This document shows, piece after piece, positions 52,993 through 64,000 of a stretch of 64,000 nucleotides of DNA. The DNA comes from Octopus sinensis (Eukaryota). Each line of letters starts with the position of its first letter. The stretch's first letter is position 1. The position numbers were made by a program, and so were the translations under genes. Location: contig NC_043003.1 of assembly GCF_006345805.1 (NCBI RefSeq), forward strand, positions 108,686,001 through 108,750,000, written 5' to 3'. The notes beneath the pieces were generated by a model. The model had not been told where the DNA came from, made no database searches, and saw only the letters and a list, made by a program, of their open reading frames with translations.

Positions 52993-54020
52993 ATATATAT
53001 ATGTATATATATGTAAATGTTGAATGACGAGGAAGAGTGCTCAACACTGAATTGGTGGATAAAATTTCTTTATTTGTGTATTAGGCTTCATGTTAAGAAA
53101 AATATCTTAATTTTTCAAGCTGATCACATGGAATAATGGTGCTTGTCTCTATTTGTGTGTATACCCACAAACAAAATATGGGCTTCTTTCAGTTTCCATT
53201 TACTAAATCCATGCACAAGTTTTTGGTCAACCTAGGGCTACAGTAGAAAGTTCTTGCCTAAGCTGCCACACAGCGGAATTGAAAAACTTCTTGCCATACA
53301 TCACGCCTGCACCTATCTTCGTTTTAATTGACTCTCAAAATAATATTTTTAGTAAAATAACTGCCATCTTAAGCTGATGTTTGGAACATAAATAAACATG
53401 AAATTTTGATGGAAGGTTTTAGGTCTTGATTCGTGTAAAACAAAATTTGTATCACAAAACTAGCAGAGGCAGGCTCAGGCAGGTTGGGATATCAAAAGGC
53501 TTGAAATATATCTATGAGGACTCAAAACATTCGCTTAGAATTAATAAATAATTTTTATGTTATGAAAATCAAATTAAATAGCTTTAAATTGAAAGACAAA
53601 AAACAAACAATCTGTTTGTTAAACAGTCTTGAAACCAGTTTCAGAAGTCAGATAAAAATAGAAGGGGAATAAAAAAAATCAAATATAAAACAATTCTAAA
53701 AAATAGTTCAAAGAAAAGTGGTAATAGAATGAGAATATTGGTAACATCAATTCTGATGGTGATTTTATCTGTGCATGGAACTGGAATTACAAAGAATACA
53801 CACTGATATTCCTTTATAGGATGACAAGGTGTTTTAAGAAAATTTAGATAGACGGTAAATTAAATTTATACTTTGCTAATGCAGATTAAATCAAATGAAA
53901 ATCTTGAGAAAAGAAACATTTAAACACAATAAAAAACCAACCTTTTAGAGAATGTTTCTCAGAAAGTATTTGTAGAAGGAAAGAAAAAAAAAATCCCATT
54001 ATAATCATAGGTTTAGATAT

Positions 54021-54250
54021 ATTTCTTTATTGCCCACAAGGGGATAAACATAGAGGGGACAAACAAGGACAGACAAAGGGATTAAGCCGATTACACCGAC
54101 CCCAGTGCGTAACTGGTGCTTAATTTATTGACCCCGAAAGGATGAAAGGCAAAGTCGACCTCGGCGGAATTTGAACTCAGAACGTAACGACAGATGAAAT
54201 ACGGCTACGCATTTCACCCGGCGTGCTAACGTTTCTGCCAGCTCGCCGCC
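54021..54250 (-). mobile_element. Young full-length SINE family B
   Basis: CpGs retained; 8-bp TSD TTAGATAT at 54013-54020 and 54251-54258. Confidence 0.93.
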
Positions 54251-54461
54251 TTAGATATGACTGTGTAGTTAAGAAGCTGGCTTCACAACACTGTGACACA
54301 CGGTTCAATCCCACTGTAGAGTATCTTTGGGAAATGTCTTCAGGCTTGGGACTGAGTAGTGTCATGTGACTAATTTTTGATGGTCAGATGCTGTGTGGAA
54401 GCCCCTCATTTCAACACACACAGAACGAAAATGGATATTTTCAATTTCATTCAAGTACTCT

Positions 54462-54745
54462 CTCTTTTACTCTTTTATTTGTTTCAGCCATTTGACTGCG
54501 GCCATGCTGGAGCACTGCCTTTAGTCGAGCAAATAGACCCCAGGACTTATTCTTTGTAGGCCTAGTACTTATTCTATTGGTCTCTTTTGCCGAACCGCTA
54601 AGTTACGAGGGCGTAAACACACCAGCATCGGTTGTCAAGCAATGTTGGGGGGACAAACACAGACACACAAACATCTACACACATATATATATATATACGA
54701 CGGGCTTCTTTCAATTTCCGTCTACCAAATCCACTCACAAGTTGG
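54462..54745 (-). mobile_element. SINE family A (tail and middle, head missing)
   Basis: High identity to 265-684; breaks off at TCACAAG into TC/TG repeats. Confidence 0.88.
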
Positions 54746-57688
54746 ACTCTCTCTGTGTGTGTGTGTGTGTGTGTGTGTGAGAGTGAGAGAGAGAGTAAAA
54801 AGCAGAAAAGCATAGATTTCACATACAGTCCATAATTTGGTTGTACTCTCTCTTTCTCTCATACACACACACACAGAGTTGTGTTTTGGTTTACTAGTAC
54901 AGACACCGTTGAATCGCATTCTCTATGTCCATACTATGACTCAGTACTGTTCAATAAATAAATAGTCCCCAACAAACAAAACTCAACAAAAGGAGACCGA
55001 TAAAATTGACCAAGACTCTTGGAAGTGATGCCCCAGCTTGGCCACAGTCCAATGACAGAAACCAGAAAAAGAAAAAAAAAAAGAAAGAATAAAGTTACCA
55101 CCAATAAACTAAACTATTATACTAGAGAGTTTTCAATAATCTGATTGGTTGACATAACTGTCGAAAATTATAAAAAACCGAAATCAATGGGATATTTTGA
55201 TATTGGACCTGAAGCCAGGTGTTTTGTAAGACTAGACGACTGCTAAATTTAACATATTTACTAGCTTTAGATTAACAAACATTGGTTCAATGGTCTTGAT
55301 AATTTGGATACAGGACCTGCAGCAAATTCTTTCATAGACTAAATGACTACTAAATTTAACATGTTTATGAATTTCAGTTTGACAGTCACAATAATTGTGA
55401 GAGCAAACAATCAATACATTATGTTTTCAGTTTTTAATTAGGTGCAAGTATGGCTGACAATGTGGGTCTTGGGTTCAATCCCACAGTGTGGCACTTTGGG
55501 CAAGTGTCATCTACTATAGTCCCAGGCTGACCAGAGCCACGCATATGGATTTGGTAGACAGAAACCTGTTGCATGTGTATGTATAATCACACAACAATTG
55601 TAAACAAAGGTCACTGACCTATACGTGGTGTCCTTTGTTTTCAGTCTTCTACGAAAACAAGTCCAACTATGGGGAAATATTGCTTTGCTTGGAAATGGGC
55701 GAGAATTGGCAACAGGAAGAGCATCCAGCCTTAGAAAATCTGCCACAACAAATTGTCTGACCCACACAAGCATGGAAAATGTGGACATTAAAAGATGATG
55801 ATGTTGATTATAATGTCATGCAGACAAAAGGCCAATTTATACAGGAAACAAATTAAGCAATCAACCACAACATGTGTATTACTACTATTTATAGGCCCCA
55901 GAAGAAAAATTGTACGACAAAATCTAGTGTGGCATGATTTGAATGGAGAAAGAAGAGAGAAAGAAAACTGAATAGTTCAAGACATTTTAGTCTGACAGAT
56001 TTAACTATTTCTGCCAAATTGTCACCTTCAAAATAAATATTGGCAAGCACCACCAATTCAATGTACTATGCTATTTCTGCTCCTACCAGCATCACGCTGC
56101 TAAGGTCATCATCATCATCATCATAATAAGTAATTGTATGCTGGTTCAACTGAACAATTACTGCAGTTCATTGTCTTCGGGTTTCATTTGAATGCTTCCA
56201 TTTGTTGTAGCAGTGTGCTGGAAATATTAGTTCACCACCAGTGTCTGCAAAATGTCACTAAACATACCATGAACTCATTATTTTTGCAATGCTAGCACAT
56301 GAATATATAATAATAATTGCAAGTCAAGTCACTGATGCATTCGTTGAACACAACTCTCCCTAGTTGCAACCCCTTTCCACTACAAAAAGCCAAAAATAAA
56401 AAAAAATAAAATATTTTACACAGAAGGGTTTTTTTTTGTGAATGAAAATGTTATACTATTACTACAACAAAATGATTTCTAACATACCACAAGAGAGGGG
56501 GGGTGTAGTTTATTAAACTGACAAGTATATGACTGGTATTAATCTTATTGATGCTAGAATCAGAAAGAAACGTGCGTGTGTGTGTGTGTGTGTTAGTTTA
56601 CATCTGTGTTTCTTCAAATATCTTGGACTACAAGTTGTGATGTTGTTGTCATTTCTTGTATCAGCAAAACAACCACTGACATTGTGCCTTTGAAGAAATA
56701 AGAGATCCTTTACTTGCAAAAACAACCAAATGTTAGTGACAGGAAAGGCTAGTTGCAAAACAATGCCTCAATAATATATTCAACTAATCCATGTTGGGCT
56801 CAAGAACTAATAGAAGGTCAAGAGGTGAATTTCATCTCGGCAGGACTGGAAATCAGTAAATAAAGAACTCAAATATATTTCATACGTGGCTCTAACAGAA
56901 CTGTCAATCCACAGCCCCAGTGATAATAATCCTTTCTACTATAGGCACAAGGCCTGAAATGTTTTTGGAGGGAGGGTAGTTGATTACATCAACCCCAGTA
57001 TTCAACTGTACTTAATTTTGCGACCCGAAAAGATGAAAGGCAAAGCTGACCTCAGAGGAATTCGAACTCAGAACATGAATACAGGTGAAATACCGCTAAG
57101 TATTTCATCCAGCATGATAATGATTCTGCCAGCTTGCCACCTTAATAATAATAATTCCAAATTTTTGCACAAGGACAGCAATTTCAGGGAATGGAGTGAG
57201 TTGATTACATCGACCCCAGTGCTCAGATGGTACTTTTTGTTTTTTAATCAATTCTGGGAGAGTTTGAACTGAGTGTGTAAAGACAGAGAAAGAAGGCCAC
57301 AGATTTGGAGGAGGATATTACTGACCTTGGAGGATGAAAGGCAATGGTGACCTAGGTGGGATTTGAACTCAAGAACAAAAGAGCCAGAAGTAAATACAAA
57401 GCATTTTTGTCTCTAAGAATTGTTATTTCCATAGGAATATCACAGTAAATTGTCTGTCAACTAAGTATTTACATTAAATATGATACATAGATGGCTGTTT
57501 TAATTTAATACTACTTCTATTACATATAACAGATCTGGACACACACACACATACATTCTTCATATGAGCTTTAGTTTATTACACTTTGCACTATGAACAT
57601 ATTGGTGCACCACCTTCGAGGATACGGTAGATTAAATTATATTAATCTATTTCTTTAGTACTTATTTTGTATGCATGATAAACCATGA

Positions 57689-57726
<38 letters not shown>

Positions 57727-58422
57727 GAGAAAGACAGAGGAGAGAATGAAACAACAAAAGGAAAATGGAAAAGATATGAACCTCACAAGCTGCAGCATCT
57801 AAGAAGGGCAGGATCTCCGAATAAAAATTGATACAGAGGAGATGGGACTATTTAGTCAGGTTACAGGTTCAATTTCTCCAGTGTTGGTTGCATCACCCCC
57901 CCCCCCCACCACCACCACATCGCCTTTGCAGATTCTCATTACTGTGTCACCATCCACCACCAATACCACTCTTCTGAATTTGCAATGGCAGCTGGAATCA
58001 TGGTGAATCCTTCGTTAGCTGATTACGCAATCATGGACAGGATCCTTACTGATTACTCTTTGGTCAGAGCTTGGTGATCTTGACAGTTGATCTTCAACGA
58101 TACCTCAACTCAGCATTAATGTAAGAAGCACCAATGGCCCAGTCGTGCACGCACGCACGCACGTGTGTGTGTGTGTCTCTCCTTGTCTTGATATCATGCA
58201 ACAGTTGTGAATGAGTGATGCCATGATACGAGAGGTGTTGCACATTTCCAATCTCCTGTGCAAAACATGTCTGGGAATGTGCAAATGTGGACTTGCTTTG
58301 AAAGGCGTAAGGGTTAATCAAGGACAGGAAAGGCGTAAGGCCACAGCAAACCTACTTTAACGAATCCCACCCGGCCCCTATGCAAGCATGGAAAAGTGGG
58401 CATTAATTCAAATGAATATGTA

Positions 58423-58483
<61 letters not shown>

Positions 58484-58850
58484 TATATATATATCTTTTA
58501 CTTATTTAAGTTATCTGACTGCGGCCATGCTGGGGCACTGCCTTGAAGGGATTTAATTGAATGAATTGACCTTCAAACTTTTATTTTTTTTAAAGCCTGG
58601 TATATATTCTATTGGCCTTTTTTGCTGGGGACATAAACACACCAACACTGATCATCAAGTGGTAGTGGTGGGGGAGCCAAATACAAGCAGCATCTTTTGG
58701 TTTCCATCTACCAAATCTGCTCACAAGGCTTTGGTTGGTCTGAGGCTGTACCAGACGATACTTGCAGAAGGGGCCACACAGCAGGACTGAATTCAGAACT
58801 ACGTGGTTGGGAAGTAAGCTTCTTACCACACACACACACACACACACACA

Positions 58851-61498
58851 CTGAAATCTGATACAAGTAACAGAAAGCTCATAGAAAAATCTCTCCAAAA
58901 GCAGGAGATATTTATTTAATAATATGACACAGATACAAAAAGAGATAATCTTTTTATTGATATGTTTTTTTAATGATGTCTCTATTCTGGCTAGTGAGGG
59001 AAGGTGGTTAAATATTCAAGATTAAGCGAAGCATTGAACTGTAAACATTTTCTTCGTGAATTAGCAATATTCCAACAACAGTTGTTATAAACCCATTCAC
59101 ACAAAACACACACACACACACTTTTCAATACATCAATGGATCCCATTTGACAATTGCAGCTGGATTACATATGTGTGTGTATATATATATATATATATAG
59201 CATTGGTTAACGAGCCAAGCATTTGTTTGTGTGCTTGTGTGTGTGTGTGTGTGAGTGTGTGTGTGTGTGTGTGCATGCATGTGTACGTACTATTTATTAA
59301 ATATGGTAAAAGAGAGAGAAAAAGGAAAAAAAAAAAGGAAAGTAACAGGATTTTCAAATGATTTCTCAGATGATTGACTGAGCAACTTAGTCAAGCAGAA
59401 TATTTAAACCTCTTTAAGTTTCATGCTGCTGTCATTAGCACTCTGCTCTTCGGTAAGTGAGGAATAACGAGTTTAATGAAATTAAGTAAAAGACATTTAG
59501 CCTGGACCCACTGATGCCGTGTTGATTGATGGATGAAGTGCAACAAGTGATCATGAAGAAATGTTCAGAGTGGAATCAATGCCCCTTCTTTCCCCAAGAA
59601 GCAGTCAACTGATCTGGTGCTAATTTTCCAGAAGATGAGGAAAATACTATGAATTGTTAGTGGAAAGAAAAATATAGGAAAGTGTATTAAAATAAAGTGA
59701 AGTAGAACAAAATAAAACTAAACTAAAATTAATTTGATAATTAAATAAATATCATTGCAGAGTTAATTTTTAAAGTAGAAAATTATGAAAAAACAAAAAA
59801 CATAATATATTATGAGAAAAGTGTTGTGTAATGATGAAAAAAAAAAAATCTAAAGCAAACGATATGAAAATTGATACTTTTAAAAAATATATTGACTTAA
59901 TAAACACACTAAAAAATATTAATAAAAAATGAAAAAAAAAGAAAAAAACCAAAAAAGCTGAACAAAGTTTTATTGCTACTTTTACATATGCCTCAAAGCA
60001 AATTGGTTAGAATTGCTGTATGTTAAATCAATATTTCTTTCCAAGTGATGATGCCAACATGCAGTTGTAGTAGTTGGGCCAATAGCAATATCTATTACGT
60101 TATATTTAGTGGTAATTGAATACTTAGAAAAACACTTTGCTCACCACAACACACACACACACACACACACTGAAATCTGATACAAGTAACAGAAAGCTCA
60201 TAGAAAAATCTCTCCAAAAGCAGGAGATATTTATTTAATAATATGACACAGATACAAAAAGAGATAATCTTTTTATTGATATGTTTTTTTAATGATGTCT
60301 CTATTCTGGCTAGTGAGGGAAGGTGGTTAAATATTCAAGATTAAGCGAAGCATTGAACTGTAAACATTTTCTTCGTGAATTAGCAATATTCCAACAACAG
60401 TTGTTATAAACCCATTCACACAAAACACACACACACACACACACACACTTTTCAATACATCAATGGATCCCATTTGACAATTGCAGCTGGATTACATATG
60501 TGTGTGTATATATATATATATATAGCATTGGTTAACGAGCCAAGCATTTGTTTGTGTGCTTGTGTGTGTGTGTGTGTGAGTGTGTGTGTGTGTGTGCATG
60601 CATGTGTACGTACTATTTATTAAATATGGTAAAAGAGAGAGAAAAAGGAAAAAAAAAAAGGAAAGTAACAGGATTTTCAAATGATTTCTCAGATGATTGA
60701 CTGAGCAACTTAGTCAAGCAGAATATTTAAACCTCTTTAAGTTTCATGCTGCTGTCATTAGCACTCTGCTCTTCGGTAAGTGAGGAATAACGAGTTTAAT
60801 GAAATTAAGTAAAAGACATTTAGCCTGGACCCACTGATGCCGTGTTGATTGATGGATGAAGTGCAACAAGTGATCATGAAGAAATGTTCAGAGTGGAATC
60901 AATGCCCCTTCTTTCCCCAAGAAGCAGTCAACTGATCTGGTGCTAATTTTCCAGAAGATGAGGAAAATACTATGAATTGTTAGTGGAAAGAAAAATATAG
61001 GAAAGTGTATTAAAATAAAGTGAAGTAGAACAAAATAAAACTAAACTAAAATTAATTTGATAATTAAATAAATATCATTGCAGAGTTAATTTTTAAAGTA
61101 GAAAATTATGAAAAAACAAAAAACATAATATATTATGAGAAAAGTGTTGTGTAATGATGAAAAAAAAAAAATCTAAAGCAAACGATATGAAAATTGATAC
61201 TTTTTAAAAATATATTGACTTAATAAACACACTAAAAAATATTAATAAAAAATGAAAAAAAAAGAAAAAAACCAAAAAAGCTGAACAAAGTTTTATTGCT
61301 ACTTTTACATATGCCTCAAAGCAAATTGGTTAGAATTGCTGTATGTTAAATCAATATTTCTTTCCAAGTGATGATGCCAACATGCAGTTGTAGTAGTTGG
61401 GCCAATAGCAATATCTATTACATGTTATATTTAGTGGTAATTGAATACTTAGAAAAACACTTTGCTCACCACAACACACACACACACACACACACACA
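58851..61498. repeat. Tandem duplication of about 1.32 kb (58851-60169; 60170-61498) bounded by (CA)n
   Basis: Copies are near-identical, differing in microsatellite lengths, a 2-nt indel and a few single bases. Confidence 0.97.
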
Positions 61499-61884
61499 GG
61501 GGAGACAACTATGGATTAAGTTAGGTGCATAAAATAAGAATCAATTTATAGTCACAAAAAATAGTTTGTTTTTTTTCTTTACAAATATATTTTCTACTTT
61601 CGCTCTTGTTTTACAAATATACTTTCTACTTTAGCTCAAAATAGTTCTAAGTTACCAAAGACGAGTTCATTTGATCTACAAATAAACATAAAGCTATGCT
61701 ATTTGCTCAACAGTTTATATTTTTGTGCAGATGGTAAAAAAAAATAATGGGGGAAAAAAAGGGTATTTTTACATCAATCCTGCATTAATTGACATAGCAC
61801 TAGCAGACTTTGGAAATTATAAGTTGTTTCCAAGTTGGATGTCATTCCTAGAACCAACACCTATTGTACTGGTGTGAAATATTT

Positions 61885-62242
61885 TATCTTTTACTTGTTT
61901 CAGGCACTGAACAACATCCATGCAGGGGTTACCACCTAAAAGGGTCTTAGTAGAATGAATCAACCCTAGTAACTATTTTAGAAACCTGTTACTTATTCTG
62001 TCTCTCTTCTGAACAGCTAAGTTACAGAGATGTCAACAAACCAACACCAGTTGTCAAGCAGTGGAAGTGGACAAGCACACATGTGACTGGTTTCTTTCAA
62101 TTTCAGTTGACCAAATCCACTCACAAGCTTTTGGTTGGCCCAGGGCTATAGCAGAAGACACTTGCCCAAGGTGCCACACAGTAGGACTGAACCCAGAACC
62201 ACGTGATTGGGAAGCAAACTTCTTACCACACAGCCATGCTTG
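61885..62242 (-). mobile_element. SINE family A copy
   Basis: Colinear with the family A consensus. Confidence 0.8.
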
Positions 62243-62351
62243 CCCCTTAGAAACGGAGATGATTTGCATTACTCTTTTGGCCCAAATAAAATGGACCAAG
62301 GTAAATATTGACAAGTCTGCAACAGTTTGGACAACATAATCAGCTCTTTAA

Positions 62352-62549
62352 CCCTTTTGGTACTAAGCCACTAGAGAGACTGCCCTAGGTCCTACAATAC
62401 AAACTTTTTGTTTTAAAGAAATATAAATTAAAACTATCAAAATTTCATGTTCTGAACCTCAGATTAATAATTATTTCATTAAATTCATAATTTTCAAAAA
62501 CATTTAAATGAAGGCAGTGCATGTCAGTTAAAATGTGGTAACAAAAGGG
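62352..62549. mobile_element. piggyBac-like MITE, family P2
   Basis: TTAA|CCCTTTTGGTAC ... GTAACAAAAGGG. Confidence 0.7.
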
Positions 62550-62744
62550 TTTGTCTTAGTTGTCATACCCTTCAAATATTGTTGTTAATTAACCCCCGGT
62601 CAGTAATAAGTAAGCAGACCAATGCTTAAAAGGATTCTTTCTCTGATCTGACCATCCTACCATTTTATTCAAACAGTGTCTAAACCTGGAAAGAGCCAAC
62701 AGTCAAAGCATCAAATCTTTGATCAGGAAGAGCCAAGGTTCCAA

Positions 62745-63090
62745 TGAATGGAAGAGTCATGGTTTCCATGCCAAGTCTTATTCAGGGAGTTCACTTCAGG
62801 AAGAAGACCATGGGGTTGTCATCTCCGAAGATACAAGGACCAACTCAACGCAACACTAAAAGCCACTGGAATTGAGCTCAAATCATTTGAAACACAAACC
62901 TGAGACTGTACCAAGTGGTGGCATCTCATCACCAAGAGAAACAAAAACTGTGGAACCACCCAAAGAGAAAAGGAAGAAGTCAAATGACGGGCAAAAAAGG
63001 GTGGACAAAATCAACCTCCACCGTCCAGTCAATGCCATCAACTCTTCTATGTAAGAATTGGTCTACAGTCATCAACAGTATCACCATAAA
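62745..63090 (+). mobile_element. RTE-BovB-like LINE ORF2 C-terminal fragment, decayed
   Basis: Manual translation MEESWFPCQVLFREFTSGRRPWGCHLRRYKDQLNATLKATGIELKSFETQT*DCTKWWHLI...CHQLFYVRIGLQS fits LPKQLLYGEL..G.R..G..RYKD.LK..LK...I....E..A.DR..W...SRIGL.SH. Confidence 0.8.
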
Positions 63091-63449
63091 GGAAACATTC
63101 AAACATTCAGCAAAGATGAAAATAAATGCTTGGATACAAAATAAAGCTGTCGCCACCACCGAGGTTCTGGAAACTGCATTATCCAAAATGTTTTACATTT
63201 CTTTATTAAAGACAGATGTGGTTGAAGGGAAATTTGTCTTATTTCTAGCAGGATGAGCGACCAACTAGAGGCTCACTCTTACAGGCTTGTTTAAAAGCAG
63301 TTGTTTTAGTACCTTGGTCAGCTTTTAAGCAAAGCAATGAAACAGAGGCAGCGGATTGATAGAGAGAAAATGTTGGAATCCAGAGATGCTGACATGTTTT
63401 ATTACATACTGAGAACATGCTGCTGTCTATTCTGCCATTCCACGTCAAG

Positions 63450-63458
63450 TGGTGTGTG

Positions 63459-63489
<31 letters not shown>

Positions 63490-63574
63490 AGTGCGTGTGA
63501 GTAGTGTGGTGCATGAGTGTAGTGCAGTGTGCAAATGTGTATATTGCATTGTGTATGGTGAAGTGTGTGTGAGC

Positions 63575-63659
<85 letters not shown>

Positions 63660-63995
63660 CACACATACATATATATATACGCATACACACATATATACAC
63701 ACACACATATATACACATACACACATATATAAATATAAATATACACACACACATATATACATACACACACATATATATACATACACACACATATATACAT
63801 ACACACACATATATACATACACACACATATATATACATACACACATATATATACATACACACATATATATACATACACACACACACACATATACATACAC
63901 ACACATATACATACACACACATATACATACACACACATATATATATATATATATATACATACACACACACACACATACATACACACACACACAGA
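63450..63995. repeat. Compound (TG)/(TA)/(CA)/(TACA) microsatellite field
   Basis: Seen directly; source of the spurious CVY-repeat ORFs. Confidence 0.97.
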
Positions 63996-64000
63996 TAAAT

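Noticed and set aside
57931-58080. Plus-strand exon-like frame (DSHYCVTIHHQ...LVRAW*) after tttgcag
   Set aside because: Short, with no partner exon or homology recognised.
63245-63992. ORFs of 181-247 aa with CVY repeats
   Set aside because: Compound microsatellite.

Overview
AT-rich, intron-dominated animal genomic DNA. The SINE, RTE-LINE and microsatellite repertoire looks like an octopus (coleoid cephalopod) genome; this is inferred from recalled repeat consensus, not from a search. One minus-strand gene is supported by four large exons with canonical splice sites and compatible phases (50217-50025, 46289-45907, 21062-20491, 13875-13606). They encode about 471 aa of Pro/Tyr/Asp/Ser-rich, probably disordered protein with PPxY and YxN motifs and no domain I can name. 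A possible fifth exon lies at 9440-9339, and candidate alternative first or non-coding exons lie in the 25-kb intron. The rest is dozens of tRNA-derived SINEs, four decayed RTE-LINE 3' fragments, non-autonomous DNA transposons (hAT-, Merlin-, mariner- and piggyBac-like), a fold-back element, compound microsatellites, and two tandem duplications (15.0-15.6 kb and 58.85-61.5 kb) that may be assembly artefacts. Most ORFs in the supplied track come from microsatellites or repeats. No rRNA, true tRNA or CRISPR array was seen. SINE family letters are my own labels and SINE/LINE boundaries are approximate.
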